A stretch of 64,000 nucleotides of DNA from Octopus vulgaris. Its lineage: Eukaryota. A program made the translations under genes and the position numbers. Below are positions 25,666 through 38,781 of the stretch, piece after piece. Below the pieces are notes generated by a model. That model worked only from the letters and a program-made list of their open reading frames with translations, had not been told where the DNA came from and searched no databases. Each line of letters starts with the position of its first letter. The stretch's first letter is position 1. The DNA lies in assembly GCA_951406725.2 (NCBI GenBank), contig OX597814.1, positions 158,720,001 to 158,784,000 of the forward strand, written 5' to 3'.

Positions 25666-27232
25666 AACCTACAATTCAATACAATATTATAAGGAAGATA
25701 TTAAAGCCATCAGCTTACAAGGCCTTTAAATTGTATTATCCAGATATCTCAGAAGTATCCGAATTAAAGTAATGGTGGGCAGAATCCTTAAAGCTTTAGA
25801 CAAAATGCTTTCTGGTTCAACTCCCCTTAAGGCCAACTTTGCCTTACATTCTTTTGAGGTTAAAGGATTAAGTATTAGGGTCAGTGAAGTCAATCAGTTT
25901 CTCCCCTCGAAAATGCTGGCCGCATATCTAAATCAGAAATATATCATTTAGTGTTAAAAAATGGTAAAAAGGAAAAGGACTGTGTAAGTACTTTACCAGA
26001 CAATTGAAGTCAAAGCTATACATTCTTGAATATGAAAAAGCAAGAAAGTACACTTTCATACAAGGAATTATATGAAATATTACTGTTTCCAGAATTTCCA
26101 TTATTTCTTGTCATACTCAGATGTTACTTGATAAACATTTATGAAAACATGGTTATTGTCCTTGACAATAATTTCAACAGCTCTTAACTTGTGATTGAGC
26201 TCTGTCTATTTCTTCACTAGTTGCTCCATATTTTTATGTCATATAAACTCTTTTCAACGTTTCGTATCAACAATTACCTATGTTTGAAGGCTTATTAGTG
26301 ATTGGTGACTACATCTGTTATCATTCGCAAATCAGCATGTACACATTAGCAACCACTCTGTTTTAAGAAATATCATAGGACAGGCAACATTTTGATTATC
26401 TTTGATGAACAAATTTGTCATAGCATTAATTACAATTGAAAGCTACATAGCAGAAAGCTGTGATTAAGGCTACTTATAGACTATGTACAAAGGCTATGGT
26501 GTTCCTGTGTTAATGCAAAACTTAAATTAATGTACAAGTAATTGATATTGAATATTTACAGTAAGGGAGCAAAGTTGCAAAAGCATAAAACTGATGATAA
26601 AGACAATCATTTCTGCAACAATATACTTAATGTACATCACATGAGTTCAATACAATCCCTCATTTACATTCACTTATGATTCAGTCATCTTTATTTCTAA
26701 TTCACAAATTTTCAAATCATACAGCAGATGCTAACTACTTTGAATTTGGAGAGCTTGTCATTGATGAAGAAAGATTAATAAAATTATTTTTAATAAAGAA
26801 TATACACCTAATCATTATTGATATAAATAAATTATTAGCTTTACTCGTATCATGTTGAAAAAGGTTATTCCCCTGTCTTTTCATAATCTATATATGTAAA
26901 CCAAAGAATCTATTACACTTCATCTGTTAAGGCTTGTATTACTCAATGACCTTTGATGGAAACTATATCTTTAATATGGTTGAGAAAACTTGGCAGCTTC
27001 AGAAAGAAAAAAAAGTTTGGCTTACGCTTCTAATATCTAGCCTACAAAATTTATACTGATACTTTACACCTGTTGTAAATAACTATCAGTTTCAAATAGC
27101 TAACAGTACCAAATCTTCTACTTAGACTAGACAATGCAGTACATGTTGGATAATGAAGATATTACAAATATATGAAAGATTGTATAAATTAGACAATATT
27201 ACAACACATTTTACTGTGTATTCCATATTTAA

Positions 27233-27434
27233 CCCTTTTGCATTCAGATTACTCTGTCAAACCTAATGCTTTTGAATTAGCCATGCATTATTTTGTAGCT
27301 GCCAAGTTTTTGAGAATGTGATTGTTTATTTTTAGAATGACATTATAGGGTAGGTGTGAAAGGCTCTGGCCAGTTTGAACATAAGACAGATGGAATATTT
27401 GGGGCTAGATATGGCTTGTATAAAAGTTAATGGG
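27233..27434. mobile_element. piggyBac-type MITE, family 2
   Basis: TTAA|cccttttgcatt ... gttaatggg|TTAA; inverted copy at 15422-15586. Confidence 0.75.
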
Positions 27435-27812
27435 TTAAGACAGATTTTAGATATTAATATATAATGTTAAATACTGATTTACATCAATACATAAATAGTA
27501 CGCATGCAGGAATATTTAATCAAATGATTTGATTTACTTTATTCTCAACTGTTAATGTTGCTACTTGGCTTCAAGTCAAACTTGATCAAGTGGGCCTAAG
27601 GTCCTTTCAGCCATGACTATCTCATTGTTTTTTTACTTTTTTGAGATATGTAGGTCTACATTATCTGTTATGCCTTTTTTCTTTTTTCTTCTTCCTTTTT
27701 TCTTTTTGAAAATGAAGAGGTGTGGGGAAAGAGCAATTTGACTGCTATTTCTAGCTGTTCAGTAACTACATAAAGACTCCTTATTGACCTAATTATTTCA
27801 GATTATGAAATG

Positions 27813-30581
27813 TATATTTGCTTTGAATATACTTTTTAATGATTTTAAATTGGGAGTTTTAAAATGTATGCATTTATATTTATGGATTTCTCTACAGAGG
27901 AATGTCAGGACATTTACATAGTGAAACCTTACTGTACCCTTCCTATGTTAGTTAATAATCATTCAACTTAATCTACCAGTCAAAGCTTAACAACCCAACA
28001 TATCCCTTGAGTACCTATAGTGAAACCTACCCTGTTGCAAGCATTTGGATCTGATTTACAATTTGGGGATAAATTCCTCCCAACCATCTAGAAAGCCCTA
28101 AAACAGATCATGATCATTACTTTCTTCCACTTTTATTTTATTTTATTTTATTTTAACACTTATTTTTTATCATACCAGCTGGGAACTGAGCCAACAAGGG
28201 AGCCTCTATACTAAGGGTTGGAAAACTTCTTAAGTGCTGAAGAAGTATTACAAGTACATAAGAATCTGTGGTGGTTAATATGGGATGAGAAAATTAAGAA
28301 TTTTTAATTTTATTAATTCATAGGTATGCAATTTATATTAAATTACTATTTGGTCTTATATTAAATTACTGTCTTCAATTATATCATATTCTAACTAATT
28401 ATGATGTTCTATTACTACCTATTTTTGAATTTGAAAAGCTATTCCTTATCAACTTCTTTATTGATAAATAAGGAAAAATAAGAACATTTTTTGTAAGAAA
28501 TATCCCACCCAATCATTAGTCATACAAATAAAAGATTATCTTCACTGATATCATATGGAAAAAGACTATCCTGCCATTTTTCATAATCAAGAAGTAAATG
28601 TTCAAACTTGGTTTTTATATAACTTTGCAAGAGAGTAACTTACTATAGTGTGTTTTTGTATGACATTATTGCCTGGGGTTACTGTAGTCTTTTCCATAGG
28701 CTTTTGTTTCCGTGGATAAACCTAATCTGTTTTTTACATTTATGATATTTTCTGTAATACACAATCCCTTTTGATTGGCTTTTTTTTTTTTTTCACAATC
28801 ATTTTTTATCGGAATTTTATTTTTCTCCTTTTTTCCTTTTTTCAAAAAGAAAAGCTCTACATTGTATTTTGTCCCCTCTGTGTTTGGCCCTGTGTGGCTA
28901 ATAAAGAAACTTGTCTTCAAAACGAACACATTTGATCATAGATATTCTGTCCACAACAGAATATGCTATTGAAAGTTAATGATTATACACTTTTGCAGTG
29001 AATACTGGATCAGTGACCAGTAAAATAAATTTTATGTCTTTTGCAAGACTGCAGAATAAAACTTTCATTTAGAGAAGCAGAAAAAATTTAAGGTTTTGTT
29101 TTTCTTGTTTTAGAATCTAAGGTAATTTGTCTTAGAGTTTATATAAATTGGCTGATGGTCTATATAGCTCTGTTCAATTCTGCACAAAAATATGATGTAC
29201 AAACAGTAAGTTAATTGACTTTTTGACTAACTAGTTCATGCTTGAGGTTTATTTTATTTATCATATGAAAACTACTAAAATCAAACTGAGATTGAAATGG
29301 TTTCATTTTAAAATTTATAATTCCCTGAATTTAATTCCTTAAACAATATGACTCAAGATTTGATTCTATGAAATTACAAAGACAGAAATGTCACAGTTAC
29401 ATATTTCACAAAATAGTATTTTGCTACCAAGTGTAACCCCTTTAGTGAAATGATTCTGAACACTCACTTTCAGTTTTACAGTGTGAATAGATGTAAGTGG
29501 TAGTGCTGCTATAGGAAATGGTGGTGTTATAGGAAGTAGTGATGCTATCTTTGGTGGCAGTGGTGGTGGTGGCCTTAAGGATTTGTCATTTGCATTTTCA
29601 TCAACTTTCCAATATAATCAGAGGCCAGGCCATTGACCTTAGAACTAACAAATTGACTACCCATTTTTTCACTAACCTTTATCTAAAAATCACAAACAAC
29701 ACTTAATCTTTCACATCACACTTTCACCAGTTTATCAATTTCTTCTTCATCATCAAAGTACAACAGAAATATTCCTAGTACCTAAAAGGAGACATTCTTG
29801 ACCTTTCTAATAATTACCCTATCTTTGCTTTCCCTAGTGTTTCTAAATATTTCATAATTCTTTATTGTCAATATTTCATAATTCTTTTCTTGTGTGTTAT
29901 GATTGAAATTAATTGCAGGATGAAAATATTCTTCACTTTGGTTGTAATTAATTTGAAATACAATGTAGATTACTGCTATAAAGTTACAAAATTAATTTCA
30001 GGACTTATCTAATAGCCTGAGTGCTCATTTTGTTTGTTAACTAACACACATTCAACAGCACAGAAAGCATCTGTACAAAAAAGCAGATTTCACTAAAGGT
30101 GCTCGGAAGACCTATGGTGGTGTTATACTTTGAATGGTTGATTAAGTTGAATAATTATTAACAAACCGAGGTAAAGAAGACACAGTAAGGTTTTAACAAA
30201 AAAGGTCCTGAAGGCTGTGAGCAGGTAGAATCACTAGCATATCAGGTGTAATGCTTAGCAGCATTTTGTAATATCTTCATATTTTGAGTTCAAATTCTGC
30301 CAAGGTCCACTTTGCCTTTCATCCTTTCAGGGTCAATAAGATAAGTACCAGTTGAGAACTGGGGTCAATGTTATTGATTCAACCCTCCCCCGATATTATT
30401 AGCCTTGTGCCAAAATTTGATATCAAAATGTAAATGCCCTGACATTCCTCTATAGAAAATCCCTTAAATATAAAGTTATACATTTTAAAACTCCCAATTT
30501 AAAACCACTAAAACATCTTGTTTAAAATCATTTTAAAACTCCTTTTTTAAAATCATTAAAAGTATATTCAAAGCAGATATA
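27813..30581. repeat. Long-range ~105-bp inverted repeat pair
   Basis: 27813-27919 against the reverse complement of 30428-30581; the right arm has an internal duplication. Confidence 0.85.
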
Positions 30582-30619
30582 ATATTTTGTTTGTGAACCA
30601 ACACACACTTAAGATCACA

Positions 30620-31250
30620 AAAAGTTGTGGACTCAATATTTATACTGTTTCAATGATATTCATCTTCCTATCATATGAAGCATTGCTGCAAGGGATTGGC
30701 CCAGTGAAAATATGTGCAAATATCCAATGATACTGTTGTTTGCAAATTCATGCAATAAAAAATCTCTAATCTGTCTACCATAAACCTTTCTTATCGGTTA
30801 CACTATATCTACTTGTGCTAACAGTTCTTTCCTTTGTGAACTCCTTCTTCAGCTCAGTAGCTTCAAAGCTCAATCAACATTTCTTTTAACTTTACAGAGA
30901 CTCCACTCCCAATGACAGCATACTATTCCCACTGAGTTTACTAAATAAATCTTCTTTTTCCACATACATGTATTTTATATTCCTAATATTAAGAAATCTT
31001 GCCTCAGTCTACTTGTGGCTTAATAACATTGCAAAATCTCTATCATTCAAGAGTTGGCCCTATTTCAAGTCCAAGATGTACTTTAGTATTGGAGAAATGT
31101 CAACACTTTAATAACCTCAAATATGCCTGACATATATTTGGAATGGTACACCTCTCTTGAACGTTGCTATCTTAGATAGCATTAAGCAGAAAGTTATCTG
31201 GTCGTTTGGCAAACTTTCCTTCACTGATAACCTCTAAATTCTAGTCTACT
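30620..31250 (+). pseudogene. Very old LINE RT C-terminal remnant
   Basis: Remnant HIFGMV/IWNG..LNVAILDSIKQKVIW, similar to the LINE 'IW.GA..L..LD.IQ..A.R' motif; heavily decayed. Confidence 0.4.
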
Positions 31251-32457
31251 GAATGGAGCTTATCCTTGTTATACCACTTTTCCATTGCTGGCATGAGGTG
31301 AATGGGACTTTTTGAGGTAGTGTTTTATTACTGGATGCTCTTTCTTTTAGTCGTTTCTAACAACACACAAGGATAGAGTGCACCTGTTGTAAAATCTGGA
31401 ATGCGCATATATCCCACATTCAATATATGCCTTCTAATCAGTAAAAGCCAAATAACTTTTCAATCTTTGCATAACTTCACTGATCTTCTTTGTCCCCACT
31501 GACACCAGCAGCAGCAACGCCGTCCAAGAATTTGGACCTGGAGATCTCCATTTCCAGCAACTTAGAGGGCCAGCTCCCAGTGATGTTGGGCATCAACGAA
31601 GAGCCCTCGACTACAACAAGATGACCAAAGTTGTTGTTTTTTTCCCAAGATCTGGGGTCTCCTGCCCCTAAGCCCTAGACCATCACCTAATCACCCTTAC
31701 CCATCTTGTTGCTTAACAACAACAACAACAACAACAGCAGCAGCAACTGTTTAGGAAGAGCCAATGAGAGACCCTCTATGTGACAGTTCAACTAGTTTGA
31801 AAATAGCAGTCAATTGTTACTCAGATCATCCTACTGTCTTAAAAGAAAACGAAAAATGGAAAGAGAAACACTTTGTATAATGTAATCTAAGGAACTCTAG
31901 AAACAAAGAAAGGATGATTATGGCTGAAAAGACTATAATCATAAATCTGCAATAATAACAACTTTCAGAAATCATTGCATTGATAGGAAGATAAAACAAA
32001 TACCTCTGGGTTAAAAGATACAAGCTTAGGTAAAATGTATAATTTTTCTTTCACAGCCGAATGATTTAGTGATTCAGAAAGCACTAAGGTATTAAACAAT
32101 AAAGGAAAATTTACATAAAAAGAAATAAATCTCGAAATTTTACATGTAGTTTGATGCAAATGGAAGCATTCAGAATAATGAAATTTCTGAGAATGCAGAT
32201 ATTTTAGAAACAGTAATGTTTTGCTTTTAGCTGCAACCTCAGTAGCCTTGTTAACAACAATATTATGTTGGGATGGCCACCACTACTGATAAGTACAGAG
32301 GATTGCTTCTGCTACAGTCACTATTAGAATCTATAGTAGAGAGAAATAAACTGAACAATGAAGAGAATACATATCTGGACTATGACACTACACATCAAAG
32401 CAAAGAAAATGGACCTCAGTTAGGTGAATATATAATATTGTCATCATCATTATCAAT

Positions 32458-32519
<62 letters not shown>

Positions 32520-34044
32520 TGTCATCATCATTTAACGTCTGTTTTCCATCCAGGCATTAATTTTATATCCACTCTTTTCTACTATCATGGTTTGGAAAGA
32601 GACTTTCTGGGGAAGTGTTTTGTATCAGGATACCTTTCTTGAAACCAACCCTTTTCATTGTTTCTGATGACACACAAGAATGCAGGGGGGGGATGAGGAG
32701 GAGGATAAGAACATTGTGAGATGGTGACATTCATTTGCAACAAATACACAGTGTCAAGGAGGCACAAAAACACACACCCACATGTATCTCTTCCTAGCTC
32801 CACCTATTCACCCCCACCCTCTCTTCTAAAATGTGGGTAACCATGTAGCTCCTCTACAAAAAGAAACCTGTTCTGTTTTAGCATCCTCTGCTCTCATAAT
32901 TTAACTCCTTGTATCCTAGCATAAAATCACTTCTCTCAGAGTTTGAAGTCTATCAAGTAGCAAGGTGACCTCAAAAGTGTTGCGACAAAAGAAAGCACCT
33001 ATTACATTTTGTAAACTGGTTGACATTTTGGAAGAACATTCAACCACAGAAATCACTCCAAAGTAGATAAAAGAATACAATGCAGTATTTAGGCCTTCTG
33101 GAGATGTGTCAAACCATCCAACCATGTGCTAACATTGAAAATGGTCGTTAAACAAGGATGATGATGCGGATGATGAAGCTTGTAGAAGACACTTGTCCAA
33201 GGAACCACACAATGGGTTCTGAACCTAAAAGTATGAGGCTGTAAAGCTCTTCTTAACTACACAGCCATGCCTATCTTTTCTTAAAATTGGCATACACATG
33301 GTTATATCAAGTATGACAGACATGTGGATAATGCTTAATTGTTTGGTTGACAACTTATGTGCCATAGGATTATGCAAAATCTAACAACTGCCACTAACAA
33401 TTCTTTCATTTTCCCAAAGTAACTTTGCTAAATTTTCATTTCCAAGCTTATAAATGTCAAAGTGTGTTCTTCCTTTCCCTCTTCTTTGACTCACTCTCTC
33501 TCCCTCCCTCTCTCTCTCCCTCACTCTGTCTCCCTCTCTCTTTCACTTTCTCTCTCTCATACACACATACAAACATACACATGTATAAACATGTATAGTC
33601 ATGTATATATCATATAAACATGTATAGTCAATTATATGGTCGTGTATATATCATTGTAAATATGTTGTATAAATTATTCAGGTACATTATGACTTGCCCA
33701 AAAAGGTTAAAAGCGGACATGGTAAACAGCCATATAATTCGTGTAAAGTAAAACAGCAATGAAGACTAGAAATACATGTGCAGTACACGGAATAAAATGC
33801 AAAAGACAAAAAAGTGTACAATAAAAGAGCCATAAAGAAGAAGCGGAGCATAGGCATACAGGAATAGCATTGATGAATTTTGGGAAGCAAACTGTCTTTC
33901 AAATATGCCATGTCTTAATAGTTATCGTGTGTGTAGATGCATGTGTGTGTGTGTGTATATATATATATACATATAAGAATTTTTTGCGTAATGAGGTAAA
34001 AAAACCAAGACTGTGTAGATATTAGAACATTTATAGACAGAAGG

Positions 34045-34094
34045 TCTTACAGCTGTTTCCAGAATATTTATTAATTATATCCCTTCATCGGAGA
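34045..34094 (-). ncRNA. Degenerate minimal type-I hammerhead ribozyme motif (Penelope-like element pLTR)
   Basis: tct-CCGATGA-A-GGGATAT..ATATTCT-G-GAAAC-AGCT-GTA-aga. The second copy at 37982-38023 keeps TGATGA. Confidence 0.6.
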
Positions 34095-34760
34095 TGGTGT
34101 GAGAGGATGGTAAGTAATAGTTAGTTTAGATAGGATACAAAATAGAGAGTGGGGTGGAGGAAAAAAAGTAGATATGAGATATGTAGGGATATTGAAGTTG
34201 TAGATCCATTTTCCAAGGCAGAATGGTATATATGAAAGATTCCAATACCTTATGAATAAAATCCAACTGAATTTAAAAGGAATCCTTCCAAATATAAAGT
34301 TTATACAAAATGTAAGATTCCAATATCTTATGAGTGAGATCCAGCAGTATTTAAACTTGGTCATTCCAAGTACAAAATTTATACACAGTGTTGTAGAGTC
34401 AAAGCTACACTACAGGGATTTTGTCCAATTTCCATTCTCCTCAAGACTCACTCATGTGTGACCTAATGGTTAAGTGTGTTGCCCTTGCAATCATGAGATA
34501 ATTGCTTCAATCTTTGTACCAGGTAGGACATTGTATCTTTGAGCAAAATACTCAATTTCACATTAATATACAATGACTTCAACACTTGACACATGATACA
34601 CGGTGCACCTACTCAAGCAACATTCATTTGATGGAGAGAGTGAGTTAATGTACAGCATTTAGATTTGATCGCTATAAACAAATCATTTTTGCAGGTCATT
34701 CAGCATATATACATACATACATATAAACATATATATATATATATGTGTGTGTATGTATGT

Positions 34761-35140
34761 CAGGTCACTTTCAAGTGCTACTGGTAACATATAACCCAGT
34801 ACTACCTGTTGCATGGTTGGGTCGTCGGCGACTAAACCGGAAACCCCACCAAGCTCGCTTGGTGAGGAGGGTGTTTATTGGTCACCCTGCGGGATGAAAA
34901 GCAAAACACGTCAAAGGGCGGAGGAACTCTTGAGAGTCAACAGCCATCCAATAAATGTCTTAAAGCTGTATCATGCGCAGGGACATAGAAATAATCGGAT
35001 TGAATACCCGATCGTGCAGTTAAACCATTGGGAGTGAAGGACTCCTAGCCTTTGTCAGGGCATCCTTCTAGGAGAAGGCAACTCAGGTAACTGGGATAAC
35101 TCTGACATAAAACCTGCAGCTCAGTGGTTACCGATGTTGA
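34761..35140 (+). mobile_element. Isolated RTE-type LINE 5' UTR
   Basis: GC/CpG-rich block with several hairpins and the motif gggcatccttctaggagaaggcaactc..aaacc, which resembles RTE 5'UTRs. It starts right after (TATG)n. Confidence 0.6.
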
Positions 35141-35857
35141 CTTGTTAAATAGTTACCAGGATAGTAAAAATTCATTTAAGTGCCAACAATGTTACAGCCT
35201 ACTTATAAAAGTAGATGTATTTTGTTTCTCTTTTTTCCTTGATGAGATGATTGCATTGTTTCACATCATTTTATTCCCCCCAGAATAGTATCAATGTTTT
35301 CTTTGAAACATATGTAGGAAGTATAAAGATTTAACTCTATTTCTTAATTTGTCTATTTATTTTTCTATCTATCTATATGCGTGTGTGTATGTATACATAT
35401 ATACAATATACATACATATATATATATATGTATGTATATATGTATTCACATATGTGTGTGTGTGTGTGTGTGTGTGAGAGAGTATTGTGTGTGCATGTGT
35501 TCGTGCGAGTTTGTATTTGTGAGTTTGTGTCTCCTTGTCTTGACATAAGGTGATGGTTGTAAATGAGTGTCACCATCATACAAGCAGTAGCAGTCGTCTC
35601 CAATCTTTCATGAAAATATGTCTATATAATATCTTGCTCAGAAACATGAGAGGGTTAGTAATGGAAAGGACATCCAGCCACACAAAATCTGCCTCAACAA
35701 CATACAAGCATGGAAAAGTGATGTTAAAACGATGATGATGATGACAATATATGTGTGGTACCTTGGGCAATGTCTTCCTCTATATCCTCGATTTGACCAG
35801 AACCTTGTGAGTGGATTTGGTAGAGAGAAACTGAAAGAAGCTTGATGTATACATAGA

Positions 35858-35858
35858 A

Positions 35859-35928
<70 letters not shown>
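35858..35928. repeat. (GATA)n microsatellite
   Basis: Seen directly. Confidence 0.95.
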
Positions 35929-37054
35929 GTGTGTGTGTGTGCATGCATGCGTGTTTGTGTGTGTGTGTGCATGCATGCATGTGTGTATGTGTGTATGTAT
36001 GTATCTATGTATTTCTCTATATTATATATACAAAAGTATGTATGTATGTATGTATGTATATTAGAGTGGGTAAGTGATATGAAAAGAAGACCTACCCATA
36101 CATTTAAGCATGGCAAAGCAATCATGAAAAACAGTGATGGTGATGGAGGTTAAGATTGTAATATATCTGCATTTAGGCTCTCACCCAATATATTTTATTT
36201 CTCTTAAGTCACCATGCAGATATTTCCCATCAACTGTACTTTCATCCTTGCACATCTATAACTGTATTCATCTTTACCCCCATTTCTAACCATCTCTTAC
36301 TCTCCCCTCATACATTTCTGAAAGCACCCACTTTCTTCTCACCTCCTCTAATGATTGTCTGTATCCTCTCTTATACTCATCTTGTCATACCTTGAGAGTT
36401 TGCTCTGGCACTCCATCACTACCATCTTTACCTCCTTTCCAACTACTCCTACTCATCCCCATATAATGTGCTGTAGCCATGCATCTCTTCTATAGCAAGA
36501 CACCTATGCTTGTCCCTCTACCTTAGCCTTTCAACACTTGGCATAAAGTCACTTCTCCATCCACTTAGTAGCAAGAGCTTTTTTCATTTCCTTTTTCTTT
36601 TTCACTGTCTTATTTCTCTCTTGCAAGATACTTGGCCACCTCACTTATACTGATGGCACAAAAAGCAAAGTATCCTGTACACACTGCAAAGTGGTTGGTG
36701 TTAGGAAAGGCATTTAAGATGGTGAGCAGGCAGTATCGTTAGCATGGTGGGCAAAATGCTTGGCAGTATTTTGTCTATTGCTATGCTCTGAGTTCAAATT
36801 CTGCTGAGGTCAACTTTGCTTTTCTTACTTTCAAGGTTGATTAAATAAGTACCAGTTATGCACTGGGGTTGATGTAATCGACTTAATCGCTTCCTCCAAA
36901 TTTCAGGTCTTTTACCTATAGTACAAAGGATATTAGGAAGGGCATCAAGCCAGAGAAAACATGCCAAGCTGACATTGGAGCTTGATGCAGCCCTGTAGCT
37001 CACTTTTATCTTGTCGAACTGTTCAACCCATGCAAGCATGGAAAACCAATATTA

Positions 37055-37086
<32 letters not shown>

Positions 37087-37717
37087 CAATAACAATGATG
37101 GTGGTGATGGTGGCAGCAACGGCGGTGGTGAAGGTTATGATGATGATGATGATGATGATGAGGAGGAGGAGGAGGAGGAGGAGGAGGAGGAGGATAATGA
37201 TGATGATGATGATGATGAAGTTTCCTTCTACTCCCTTGTTTGTTACTCTTTAGTCTGTCACTCACACTCTCGCCTGTATAAACAAGTGATGCCACTTGAT
37301 CTGTCCATGTTCAATCTCCCCCACCATTACCCTTTATCACTCTACCTTTCTAACATCACATTGTTTATGCATTGAGGGATTGCTTCAGACCTGCCCCACA
37401 TCGTATCCAATATCCCTTACTATCATCCTTCTTTACTGCTAGCTATTACTCTTTTTCCCCTACTTTCTCTTAGCAAAGACTAACTTTATCGCACAATCTT
37501 CCCTCTAGTACACTACATCTGAATTCCCTTATTGCTGTATTTTTTTTTTCAAAGCTCACTTGCACTGCTTAATTGCACTGCTAATATCACATATCCAGCC
37601 TTTTTATATCCCAGGCATTTGATATTATGTACCAATACCTTGTATGTATGTATGTATGTATGTATGTATGTATGTATGTATGTATGTATGTATGTATGTT
37701 TCTATGCATGCATGTAA

Positions 37718-37770
<53 letters not shown>

Positions 37771-38731
37771 ATGAGAGGTAATGGTGTCTATAAGACCCAA
37801 AGGTGTCAGGTAATGCTGAGTAAGTGCTATGGACAGACCATAGTTACACTCCAGGTTCGGTAATTATGCAAATAAGGAGTCCAATGTAGGTTATATATCA
37901 GCATGTGTATATAAAAAAAATTTTTCAGAATAGATAAAAAACCAAGACTGTAAAGATTTTAGAACACTTATAAATAGAAGGTCTTACAGCTGTTTCCAGG
38001 ATATTTTTTATATCCCTTCATCATATATATATGGCATGGCTATTTGGTAAGAAGCTTGCTTCCCAATAACATGGCTCTGGGTTCAGTCCCACTATGTGAC
38101 ACCTTGGGCAAGTGTCTTCTGCTATAGCTCTGGCTAACCAAAGTCTTGTGAGTGGATTTGGTAGATGGAAGCTAAAAGAAGCTCATTGTATATGTGTGTG
38201 TGAGTGTGTGTATGTATATATATATATATATATGTATATACGGAGAGGGTAAAGTGTATTTGTGTATGAGATGCAAAGGGTAGGTAAAGGCTATAAAGAA
38301 ATAAAGCTAGCATCTTCACTAGATGTGAAATGTCAGTATGAATGACAAGGTATGGGTGAATTTGGAGAAAAACTGGGTATAAAAGTAATTAAATCTAATA
38401 TGCATGACAGAAGACTGGTACAGTTACAGACATACAATTCATGTGGGTGGCGACAGCTGTGTAAAGAAATGCCAGAAGAGCCAAATGGAATACATCAGAG
38501 AAGAAAAAGATGTGGCCAGAAGTAATGAAAGTCAATATCAGGATGCACAAACGTGATGACAGAAGAATGTAACAACTGGCAAGATACTGTGTTGGAGAGG
38601 AGCTGTTGTAACCAGTGCAAGCATGGAAAAACTGGTATAAAAACGATGAGGATGAAGCTAATGATGATGATCATACATACATGCACACGCTGTTAATTTT
38701 TAATTAATATACCTACATTTTATATACCTTT

Positions 38732-38781
<50 letters not shown>

